Origin: Phoronis australis
Taxonomy: Eukaryota; Animalia; Phoronida
Length of the DNA stretch: 64,000 nucleotides
Assembly (NCBI GenBank): GCA_002633005.1
Contig: NMRA01000102.1
Coordinates: 726,345 to 790,344 of the forward strand
Direction of reading: 5' to 3'
The notes below the pieces were generated by a model, which ran no database searches, had not been told where the DNA came from, and worked only from the letters and a program-made list of their open reading frames with translations. Within the stretch, counting starts at the first letter, position 1, and every line of letters starts with the position of its first letter. A program made the translations under genes and the position numbers. Shown piece after piece: positions 13,182 to 24,839 of this stretch.

Positions 13182-13731
13182 CAGTGGCTCGGAAACTGAT
13201 CAGATATCACGAATATGGACCATCCAAAGTTCAGTGGAAACTAAACTTCCAGTCAAGAAAATACTATACTAGTGAGCCAAAGTAATGTGCACCGGATTAT
13301 GTTGGTGAAATAGCCACGAAGCTGCAAATCTACTTACTCGTCGAATTCAGGTTCCGCTTTGGCCACAGCACCGTCAGGGCAGAAGTTTTACATTGAAAAT
13401 CATTATTTGAGTAATGTAAATGTAAATAAAGATTCCCCTAACACCTAGCCATGGGATGGAAATCGAGTTGTTTCACAACAGTTTCTGCCAGCAAACACCA
13501 AATTAGCATGAGCTCACACGGCCTAGGTGTCCCGTCAATTAGTTTGCACCTAAAGCCGGTAACGCATTGATTTATTCATTGCTGACTTCTCAAATCATTT
13601 GCACTCACAAACACTCCAAAGGCATTACAAATTGCATCTAATGAGACAAACTTTGTTTCAGTTTTATATAAGTATTGGTTAGGGTGAGAATAATTCATTT
13701 TGTAACAGAACGCTCAGTAATAAACGCCAAC

Positions 13732-14150
13732 ATGGCCGGGCAACTCGCAATCCCGACTTAGGACGAGCTCATCAGTCCCGACTTCGCAGGTGGATCGTTA
13801 AATTTACAGGCTATCAATTCGAACAGGAATACAGTGATGAAGAAATACTAGAGAGGTGCCATGAACAAGCTCAGACAACGGAACTTAAGGAGTTATTTGG
13901 TAAGCCGGCATTCGTCAGGCACTGTCGACGTCTGCAGGCCACAGACACGGAGATGTTTCACGGCCTCATACTTGCTATTTACAGCGTACATTTCATTCTT
14001 CACTACCATGAGCCACTTCCTAAGCATTGTGGACTCTCGAGGAAGTAAAAAAAAACGATATACCCGCTTTCCTCGCAGCTGCTTAGTTCGGACAAGCGGG
14101 AACGATGCACCACAACATAGCGGCATTCACTCTGCATATGAACCACTGAC
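13732..14150 (+). pseudogene. KolX / P2X7-C-terminal-like ORF relic of a Kolobok element
   Basis: Frameshifted translation contains GYQFEQEYSDEEI and RYTRFPRSCLVRT...PQHSGIHSAY. These resemble the PYQFEPE and IPSCVV..IR..FP...G.Y.GF motifs of this family. The relic lies downstream of the THAP exon on the same strand. Confidence 0.55.
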
Positions 14151-16189
14151 GTCGCTAGCGTCGTTTCTCACCTTCCTCACAGGTTAACGCGACACCTCTT
14201 GGCAAGGTAAGGTCGACCGTACGCAAGGCGATGTGGATATAGACCGATTAAGACGTCAAAAAAGACTAATTAAATCGGGTGGCATTCTCATTTAAGAAAA
14301 CCCAAGGAACTCAAAGTCCTCCTCATTTCCTGTAGAAAGTTCTGATGCAGGCTACTGCGCATACTGGAATGACAACACGGACAGTTCGTCCTAAGTGACC
14401 GGGTACCCAGCTTTGGAGTGCCTAGATCAAATTTATTTGAGGGCCTTCGTAAAATTTCAGTTTTCAAGAAAATAGATTGTTTGGAGTAAACCCCCGTTGA
14501 GCAGCGACCTGTTTACAACAGAACAAAAATCAAATCTATTTCCAAAAAACAAGCTTTGGAACATCTCAACCGATTTTTTCCATACAAATTGATCATAAAC
14601 AAAAAGATATTTACTTTTCATACAAATGAATAGTGCTTCACCCAAAGCAGTGGTAGATCATGCCCGGGAAATATAGTAACGTTGGATTTTAAGCTGACCT
14701 TAAGACACAAGGTATTTGCCCTGATTCATTGATGGAGGGGACTGTTTTGTAAGTAGTCGTGAGACCTGTTCTCCCAATCTGAAACTTATCGGCACCCATG
14801 TACCATTAATCAAACTAGACAATGCCAATGGGGCAAACCCCATTGAAGAGCGGTGTTGCCACTCAAATGGTCGCCCATATTTTAAATATTTCAGTAAACA
14901 ATTCTTAAAACTTCTCTATGCTAAATGACAAATCACCAATCCAATCGGATGCCCTCTATACTCTCCACAAAGTTAACCAGGCGGTTCCTACCCAAGTCGA
15001 CTAGTACCCAAGCCATCTACCATATTTCATTTATAAATAACGGCAATATTGGGTCAATGTACATAGACATGAAACGGTTGTTTCGATTCAAGCATAGCCT
15101 TACAAATAAAACTGTTTTGGAACATATTCGTACATTGACGGAATTTTCCCCCTAGCCCCGAGGTGAGAAAGTCTAACTTATAAAATAGCGATTCTCTCGT
15201 TCTCTTCTTTACACTTCACAGTCGATTAATCCAAAGTGGCTCTCATTCATTCCCTTGCATACATTTATTCACTCACTAGTAACATCGAGCCCAGTCTCAG
15301 AGGAGTAGGATACAATTTTGTGCAATGCTCTATTGTCTGCCAGTGAAAGTCAGGATTAGAGCCTGTGTCTCACAAACGAGAGTCCGGAGCTCAAACCCAT
15401 GACCCACACAGTCTACAAATAATGAGATCAAACACGTTTTGAGTGATTTGCTAAACGGCAAAAAAATACAGTTTTTATCACTGAAACTGGACTTTATCCA
15501 GGGTTGAAAAACTATTCACCAGTGGGGATGTGGGCGCCTGGGACTGACTGGTAGAACACCTACTGAATTTTGAATTAAAAAAGACCAAGTAATAATTCGC
15601 GGATATTAATAATATTATTACCAGTCACTAACATCCAATCGCAACTTCTGCGTACCTTTTTCCATGGATGTTCACTGGACGAACCAGCTGGGACTGAGTC
15701 TTCGACTACAGGACCCAGGGACATGAAAGGGATCGAGGGAGAAGGGCTCCAATACAGAAAAGCCGTGAACACAAATTGTTCCTATGGAATCTGTCACCTT
15801 CTCCTCCATGTCCGAAAGGTCGGAATTATCTGAATAGCCCACCTGTCCGTCAGTGTATCTTTCAAGGTATCTCTCATCTACGCTGTTGTACTCACTTCTA
15901 CACCCATTGTTTCCTTTGTGTTCCAGTACAGATGAGTGACAAACGAAAATGGCGCGGTTTCTATTTTCCGTTACATTAATGTCGTTACAGCATCACGGCA
16001 CTAAATATGTAAATAACTTTGTATAGTGACGTACAATTCAGTTAATGTTAAGAATATAGCAATCATAATCATAAACAAGAATTTAGATCATATTGCTGTT
16101 CAGATTGGTTTGGACCTTGCAATTTCCTCTTTAAGTCACATTGAATCTTATAACATATTTGGGCATTGCTATAAGATAATCACGTACTT

Positions 16190-16300
16190 AGAGGTAGACT
16201 GGGCGCAGACGTTGTCATGCTCCCGGAAAATGACATCTCCACTTTTACTGATGACATCAACAGTATTGACAGTTATATTCAATTCACCATGGAGACAGGT
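16190..16300 (+). mobile_element. Small Penelope-like RT fragment
   Basis: ISTFTDDINSIDSYIQFTMET resembles the Penelope RT segment F..HLNSIDP.IQFTME that follows YxDD. Confidence 0.55.
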
Positions 16301-17156
16301 ACCTCAATAAACCTCCAACTTCTTAATAAATCGTTCGAATTCTATGGCTGTTTCAAACAATACAATTACATTATCCTCAAACAGAAAACAGCTAGTACAC
16401 ACCGTATTCACGTAGTCACCATTTTAAAAATTAGCCTCTTTTTAGGTTTTAAAAGTAAAATAATTTTGCGCTTAAATACAGCGCACAGCGTGATTTTTAA
16501 ATGTGCCTCGTTATTACCAGGCCTCAAATGCATTTAAGCAGATTCCAACAAGTGCTGTAGCGTTACGTCATTTTGTGTCAACTTCTGCTAACAGTGCAGA
16601 CACTGAGCCATAGTGATCACTGGTCAAAACAAGAAAACTGTAGTCCCGATGGTTCAGTGGACTACGGTGTCTCCACCATAAAACATTTAGCCTATCACTC
16701 GCGCGTTCCGTAAACGCAAGACACACTCGAGGCACTTGCGACAAGAAGGTTTTGCAGATGGAACTGAAGTAGAGAATTCTATCCCATACATGTATTTCCG
16801 CATTTTAACCTTGCCTTTTTATCATTTTGCTGGTGTACGCGAGCAAGATCTCGATCGTACACTCCCGAAGCTCTCGCCTTTGGTATCATGGTTGTGTGCG
16901 GTCTTGCGTCCTTGGAACGCACTTGTGGTGTTGACGGACCATTAACGACTATAGGCATTGATGCATTTGAAACAAAGGACTCGCGCAGGATTACATATAT
17001 CTACATCTTATATCTACAGTTACACTCGTGTAAACGTTATTGGTGTCGGGGTTCAAAGATCACCAACAATTTAATTCCTTGCACAGTGTTTTTTCACGGT
17101 ACAAATTAACTTACATGTATACACTGTACATACTATAAGACGTGTTATGTTTTCAG

Positions 17157-19324
17157 TGTTCCAGACGTGTGGCGTTTCCTGTGATTCTCACCCTTCTAAG
17201 CCATCGTTGAATCAAGCCTGCGGTATTACGTGCTCATCGCCTTTCGTGGAAGATACGAGACATCGTCAGAAACAAGTGTGTTATTGTGATCAGTTCTGTA
17301 CCGACTTCGGTGATTGTTGTCACGATTACAAACCAATTGCAACAAATTTTACATCAATCAACATCTACACAGAATGTCTTATGTTAGATTATGGCATTTA
17401 CCCTTTCGGCAGTATAGTGATCTCGCGCTGTCCGGATGATTTTACCAACGCTAATGTTACCAGCAAGTGTCACTCTGTAAACTATGATGACGTGTTTCAG
17501 ACTTTGCCCGTAAACGGATTCTTGAGAGACGGTAGATACTACTCCTTCCGGAACATTTATTGCGCAATCTGTCATCGTGCGGACGTGTCACAAATCCTTA
17601 GAAAAGGAACATTTTGGGAAACAAGTTTCGCCCTAAGAGATGAATTTAATATGTTGACCTACGAAGAGCAAATGTTGCTCTTGAATCTCACTGTGCAAAA
17701 TCTCACCGGCATAGCACGTGTACAAGCCATCTACAAATCAAATTATTTTAAAATGGAATCCAAGGCACCATCGCTCTCACACCATTGCAAAGTACAGGTG
17801 GAACACAGAATCACTGGATGCAAGAACCGTTGCCCAAGAAACACGACAGAATGCTCGTCATACATGTATTTCTCAGACTACTTTCTTGATACTAACGATA
17901 GTGCTAAGTTAGAATTCCCGCATTGTCCAGATATGGGCTGGCCAATTATATATTGTTTCGACCCCCGTTACCTCCCCATTCTAGAGTCTTCCAGTTTTTT
18001 GCACCTAATAGATTTTACAGGGCTAACTGACGAATTCAGTACGAAGATAATTAGGTCATCTGACATATGCTCCAAGAACAGAATCTATGATAAGCTAGCA
18101 CAGAAATGTCGCACATTAGTTTGTTCGAGGGGAGAATATAGAATGGTTGATGGGTCCTGTGGTCAAGGATCTGTAAATATCATGGGAATGAACAATACGT
18201 CTTTGAATTATACCCTTACTGCCAATGATTCTGTAGAGTTTAAGTGTCCCATGATCACATACACAGATGACGAGTATGAAGTGAAAAACGACGTTGCATA
18301 TGTAAACTCTGGATTGTCGTTTCAGTCAGGTGACTACTTCATTCAAGGCAACTTACTGCATGTGTGCAATCCGTTCACGAATGGGTCTGATCTTCGTTTC
18401 TTTGAATACAACAAAATTCAGTACAAACTGACGCTCGCTGGAAACGTAATCAGTTTGTGTGGTCTTGCGATATTTGTGCTGACGTACGCACTTTTTAAGG
18501 AACTTCGAGCACTCCCAGGTCAAATTATGATGAACCTCGCTATAACACTTTTCATGGCGCAACTTATAATGTTAACTGCAATTGATCGTACTGAATTTCC
18601 AGCATTATGTAAGACAGTGGCTATAGTTGAACATTTCCTGTGGTTGTGCGCGTTCTTTTGGATGAACAGTATGTGTTTTTCTGTTTTCAAAACGTTTCAT
18701 AAAATTATGGAGAAGCGACAACCGTCCCCGCATGCAATTTATAAGTATATTCTGTATTCTGTACTGAGCCCTTTATTGATAATTGCCACGTGCGTTACGT
18801 TGGAGTTCGCCACTGATATACCATTCCAATATGCAAATGAGGAGAGGTGCTGGATTTCCGGTTACGAATCAATTCTTTATGGTTTTGCAATACCCTTAGC
18901 GATTATCATATTCATTAATATCATTTTCATCGTATACACGGTTATCCAGTTTATAAGAACCAAGCGTCATGTTAGAAAGCATGTTAAGAACAACGGTGAA
19001 AATAACCGTGTGCTTCTGATAACAATTAAACTTTCCACTGTAATGGGAAGCACGTGGATATTTGGCTACTTGGGAGCTCTTACTGGAAGTCACGTGTTAT
19101 GGTATTTATTTATCATCTTCAACTCATTGCAAGGATTCTTCATATTCCTGGCTTACATCTGCAGAAAAACGATATTCTTGAAATACCGAAAGCTTTTTTC
19201 AAGGAAAAAGAACTCCAATCCTTCGTCATCCTTCACCGACGGTTATCAGAAAACGACTGAGACTGTGTGTAGCATATACACCGATTGTACTGAGGTAAAT
19301 AAATCAAAAACAACCAATATGTAA
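17157..19324 (+). CDS. Class B (secretin/adhesion/Methuselah-like) 7TM receptor with N-terminal SMB and Cys-rich ectodomain; main exon
   Basis: 725-codon intact ORF with SMB motif CYCDQFCTDFGDCCHDY, FRNIYCAICH, and seven hydrophobic helices with 7tm_2 motifs (LRALPGQIMMNLA, HFLWLCAFFWMN, CWI, MGSTWIFG, FNSLQGFFIF). No GPS/GAIN motif was seen. Acceptor gttttcag| at 17156 (phase 1) and the lack of a signal peptide suggest the track's ATG at 17147 is intronic. Confidence 0.92.
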
Positions 19325-20984
19325 ACATCAGGTGCAATGATTGTATTATTGTTGCAGTTTTCAAAACATAACGTGCTCCTCTACACAAGGAGTACGTTTC
19401 AATGGATTAATCACTCTTCCATACCGCGCAGGGCTACATTTCGGCCGAGGATTGAGATAGAATGGTTTCATATAAGGGTACCCTTACTTTTGCCACCTAT
19501 TATCGATGTAAATACTGCCGAGATAGTTGTATTTGTGCCGTTTCAACGTCCCAAGCTCATAATGTAACATTGCTTTGTGGCAGCCAGTCCATCGAATCAA
19601 TAGTCAGCGGTTGTGTTCGTGTATTAGTCGCGCACAAAAAAACTCTATCACACATAACTCCAGTTCTAGAATTATTAGATTTAAATTCACATCAGACACA
19701 AATTGATATTAGAAATTTTCCAAAACTTCTTTTAAAGCGAGTGAAGACTGACGTACAAATTTCAACCAATAGTCACTGCATGCACTGATTTTGACCGATA
19801 AAACATCGGGTTACCATGGCAACGGTGCACGTTTCACCTTGGCCACCTCCCTAAGTTAAAATAGTCACTGTATGTGATTTGAGCATGGCTGTCTGCTTCT
19901 AACACGACTTTGTCATCACAACCAAAATTGATGCTTCTGGACCGCTGTCAGAGATAAAAGAGAGTTAGGTGGGCGAAATTTGGAAATTTATAATAAAGTA
20001 ACCACGGGCCAGGCGAACATCTCCTACATGTGTACAAGTGTTACCTTTATTCATGGTGTTGTCGGTTCGTAATGTTTGTTATCTAGTAGTTAGTGTTAAA
20101 TTGACTTCACTGATTGTAAAGATTGGCAACCCCACATTAAGAACCTACTCCTTGGTTTCACGGTATCAACTATGGTGCATTCGCCTAAGCTACTGGCGCA
20201 GGTGGATAGCCCTAGCGGAATATGAAAATGTCTTAAACTGGGTTGATTTTGTGTGTCTTTATCTATTAGGTGTTCATGTTTCTATGGTTATGGAAGAATT
20301 TGAAAATATACGCTTTCATGTCTTAAAACTTGTCATTGTCAAAAATGGTCAATAGCTTTAACAATGGGAACTACTGGACAAAATGGGCCTGGAGCCCTAC
20401 ATGGCTGTTTTAATGTATCATGTCGACACGGTTGTAACGATTGGACAGATGTGAGTGAAGATGGGATCGCTTGTTTCCTCAGTCGTAACACGACGAGATC
20501 ACAGACCTACTTCAAATACTGCTGTATGAGATTTCGGATAATAATACCCTTTTCACGAATATCTATGGTTGAATAACATTGAAATCTCGTCATGGAGAGG
20601 TTTGACAATCTTATTGCACTGTTCAGTTTTTGTTTTATTATGTTCGTTTTTTTCCGTAACATGAGGATAAAATTCCGTTTCAAGGTGGTTCTGCTAAATC
20701 ATTTTTATCGCTACACTGAGCATATTTTGTATTTAAAGTTTCCCGAGATTGAATGTACATGTATTTTGCAAGATACATGTGAATTATTGTAAAAATGACC
20801 AATTTTTGTGAATAAGGTTTGAGATAACCTTAAAGAAATGTTGCTATCCCTAATAGTCATTCCATAAGGCAGACCATCGCAGGGTCCGGCCACAGAACAC
20901 GCACCTTGACAACGGGATGGACACTAGAATAACGTTTAAGTGCCGGAGATCTCAGATCGGGCTAAATCTCACATGAGGAGCCAC

Positions 20985-21440
20985 AATATATTTTATTTCA
21001 TTTAAACCCATGAACACAACAAGAAGCCAGTTAATTCTGCTTAAGGTGTCAAAGATAAGACTGCGAAAGAGAAAGTATCGACTCTTGTCCATGATATTTC
21101 GTGCACGGATCCTGGATGTGAGGAAACAGATATTGGCGAAACCACGGAAGCCCTGAAAAATTGGATCAGTCAATATCGCCGACTCAGTTACGGAGACTGT
21201 GATCATTCAGCGGTATTCTCTCCCATGGCTGGTACGGACCATTCTTTTTCCATGGAAGATGTTACAATTCTACATGTAGAAAGGGGAGAAAACTGGTTTG
21301 GGCGAGGGGTTGAGGTGGCAATATATGAACGAGTGGAGAATCCCTGTTTAAACAGACAAGGGGACCTGGCGTTTCTGCTACCAAGAACATGGGATAGGGC
21401 GCTGAAACTTGTGAAAAAACAGATTCACAGCACAATTTGA
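20985..21440 (+). mobile_element. Penelope-like (Poseidon-type) GIY-YIG endonuclease 3' fragment
   Basis: FKPMNTTRSQL..KDK....LVHDISC..PGCEETDIGETT...HSAVF..M....HSFSMEDVTIL...ENWFGRGVEVAIY....PCLNRQG...LPRTWD. Confidence 0.85.
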
Positions 21441-21779
21441 TAACCCGTGATTTAAAAAATCACTTTTTAAGGTTGAGTGTGAGGAGAATTTCCAAATATG
21501 GTGCAATACCAGACCAAATTGACAAAATGCAACGCATATGATAGAGCTGTGTACTGAAAGAGGAAAACATGACCCAGATTTATACCTCAACTGGAAAAAG
21601 TTTATCCATATACCATTATATAATGTAGACCTACTTCTTAAAATTACGTCATACCTTGCAAAATATCACCAGAACATTTTTCCACGTTTCACAGCGTCAC
21701 CTCTCGTAGAACTGGGAAAGAGGTTCAATCACAACTACGTTATCGAGTCCGCGCTGGAAACTTAGAATACCTGTAGTTT

Positions 21780-23790
21780 TCGTGTAAAGTTGACATTGCA
21801 CCAGTCAGGATTAGTATACCTACAGTGACTTTAGGACATGAATAAAACTTTGCGAAGATGTTTTGCAGCAAAGACTGCAACAACTTGAAAGCGATGAATC
21901 TACATTTAAGTCAACAAACAAACAAAAGTATTTTCAGTGTACAGTGTAGGGGCCTACGCAACCATATCATAAAAACGACACCCTCTTGAAATGATTAAAA
22001 CACCCTGGGCCTCTCCCACATGATGGAGAGGGGGGTGTCACGTACCATTCCTACAACTAAAAGATCCTGACAAAGTTTTTCGTAACCTACATGCGTGACC
22101 GGAAAAGTACACATGGCAATAATTCAATAACCGAGGTAGAGCCACGTTCGTCCATCCATGTCCATCCCCTGTGTTTGCTTACATGCCCGAGAATACATCT
22201 ATAGAGCACATATAAACCCAAAGTTTCTACCATATGCGGAGCACGAGAGCACCAAATATCTCACAATTTGTTATGGCAACGCCTCCTTACTTACTTTTCC
22301 TATGGAAAAGACCCCCATGGAAACAAAATTCCATTCATAAAAGGTTTCTCAGAGCAAATGAAGGTGAAATATACAGTTCATGTATCTACATTATTTGGCG
22401 TGGCGTTCTATTGTCCTTATTTCAATGTGATTTCATGGAAACTCTCGTGCACGAAAAAAACATCGTTGTACCCGACTTTCTGATCGCTTGCAATGTCTGT
22501 CTCGACTAGTTATTCGATCGTTGACTCGATGTCCATTAGGTTTTCTTCTACGATTTCATAAATGCCTTCCATAACCCTATCATCAGTTGTTACAGCCTGT
22601 TCTTCGGAATTTTCGGGCTTACAAGTAATTGCGTCGTTGCTGACGGAGATCGATCGCTGAGCCTGGAGATGTTTTATATCCATTTGGGTGCATATGATTG
22701 AGCTCGCTGTATAGATCTACAGTTCTGAAAATTGTTACATCATATTTCATTCTCTATCCACATTTATCAGGTTTTCAAATTTAAATAAGAAGGTCGCATT
22801 TTAGCTTAGAGTTGATGAACATTCCTGCCAAAACATGTGTCGCAGCAGACATGCAGCACTTCACCGGACGTGCATTTCCAACCTGGCTATGCAATTGTTT
22901 AATGCATGTATATGTGCACGATTGTTAAGGCGGTTAAGCACACTAGAGGGATACCAAATCCCGTTTTGATGAATCCTACCTACCCGCGTCTTGTCTACTG
23001 CTAGTTCGGCATTGGCGTTTCACTTGAGTCACGAAGGCGGTTTTTAAAACCTTTTTTGCCATGTCAGGGAATTGAAATTCGATAATTCTTCTTGGCGATC
23101 AAAGATTATATCAAAATTTCGTTCCTGTTTTTAGTCAAAACGCTGCGCTGAGTTTCGGCTTAAAGTTTGGAGCTCATTTATGTTGTTGGTACATATACAT
23201 GTATGCAGGACGAATTCTTCATTTACGCTTCTGTCCCTTTTGACTTTCTGATCACGTGATTCACAACCTCTCTCTCACCGTCGTACCTTGGATAGGTCCT
23301 TAGACTACATACGAAGTAAACGAAAGAAACGTGTCTTGTTACGCTTACGACTAAGGGTGAAATGGCGCTTTGCTTACATATGTGCAATTGCTCTACGCCG
23401 TTAGTTCTTATACGACAACGTTTGTCTACACTTATTTTCCTCTTGAGCAACTAACTGGATAAAGATGACGTCGTCTGGTCCATCAAACAATCGTTTCCGG
23501 ATGACTGAATGAGGTGCAGTCTTCAAGGACAGATTATTGAGGTCGGGGTTTCGCTGAAAACTTTTACAAAAGTGTCGTCGCTTATTAACCGTGTCGGCAT
23601 GTTACTACACCAATGACTTACGTGGCCGACTTCCAGAATTATCACACAGAATATCACATTACATTCGTAGGCGATGAAGTTTGTTGATAAATGTACCTTA
23701 GCGATACTTGTATTGGTATGTGATATCCTGATGTTACCATGGTGGTGTCTATTGAATGGCAAGATCTTGAGCGTGATCACATTAGTTTTT
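21780..23790 (-). pseudogene. Decayed duplicated block A (paralog of 31160-35510) with stop-interrupted exon relics
   Basis: 21780-23110 aligns with 31160-32560, and 23200-23790 aligns with 34980-35510. Both carry an acidic minus-strand segment (ENSEE....DD.V.EGI.EI.E) and Cys-pattern segments (NC.YV.K...LVVS.T.HV.FV). Confidence 0.6.
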
Positions 23791-24504
23791 TGTCCAGGGC
23801 CCAGTTGCTTATAAGTTATACGTTGTATAGCAACAAAGACGTTGCATTGTCACGCTAGCAACTAGGTCTACGGAAAGCTCTCGGGATGCCGATGCTCTCA
23901 TTAGAAATCTGTGTTGGATCAGCTGTAGTGATTTCTTCTGTTGTTTATATTTACGCTGATTTCTTGACCCCCCACGTTCGGGTCCTGAAAAAGGCATGGG
24001 TGCAGGAAGCAAGTGGGGTGGCGGGGAGTATCTGCTCCAGAGATGTGTAGTGGAGGTAACGATCCGCACTAAACAGGGGTGCAGGAAGCGCGGCAAAGGG
24101 CGGAGAACTAAAAAACACAGTTTTTTTAGAGGGACAAAGTCTTTGGAGATATTGATGTATGGATCTTCTGCGCTCATTAAAATTTTTTTTTTTATTGATA
24201 AATACTTCGAAAATCTTCGAGAAAACTTGAACGAGATTTTGAATTTCAAGAAGTGAATTCTCAACGAATTCAAAACACCATTGTTCAATGGACAAATTGA
24301 ATGCTCTGTGTAGGATCAACGGAGTTTCCTACCGCTCCTTTTATTGCTTTTTATTTTGATACCATTTTATATGAATTCTGCCTCTTGAACGTGGTCCGCT
24401 GATTGCTTTCATGGTTGTTTTTGCCCTCTTAAGAGACCACTCGCGTAGATGAAACAATCTTCCTCTCTGGTCTACAGCCGCTTGGGTTTATCGCAAATGA
24501 CGTC

Positions 24505-24507
<3 letters not shown>

Positions 24508-24534
<27 letters not shown>
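24508..24534. repeat. (AT)n microsatellite
   Basis: About 13 AT units directly inside the left TIR. Confidence 0.95.
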
Positions 24535-24535
<1 letters not shown>

Positions 24536-24560
24536 GATTACATAAAGGTTGGACACTTAA

Positions 24561-24745
24561 GGGCCTTTCATACTAACGTCGACGCGTCGATGGTTTGGGG
24601 AGTTGCGGTCAGTATGAACGCTTAACTCCGGTCCTGGATCGCAGTTAAGAGCTCCAGTTAACATCGCAGTTAATAGGTGGATTTAAGACCGCAGCGTCGA
24701 CGCTGCGGTGCAGTATGAACACTTAACTCCGGTCCAATCGAAGTT
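24561..24745. mobile_element. One terminus of a Harbinger-like element nested in the TIR element
   Basis: TAA|GGGCCTTTCATACT start, repeated subterminal motif cagtatgaac.cttaactccggtcc, and a 22-bp palindrome accgcagcgtcgacgctgcggt (24688-24709). The other end was not seen. Confidence 0.5.
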
Positions 24746-24839
24746 ATCGCCAGGTGCCACTGTTATCATCAACAGTTACAGAGTAGTGCCGTCACTAATA
24801 ACTACTTATTTTTGGGTTTAATGATAACCAATCGATTTN

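Noticed and set aside
12152-13272. Three 315-352 aa ORFs in the track
   Set aside because: They are artefacts of translating through the N gap.
19810-19823. Perfect RFX X-box GTTACCATGGCAAC
   Set aside because: It lies 3' of the receptor in repeat-like sequence with no nearby gene start. This motif is common in invertebrate repeats.
1-21600. Hammerhead ribozymes expected near Penelope ends
   Set aside because: No convincing CTGANGA...GAAA core with flanking helices was seen by eye. A covariance-model search would be needed.
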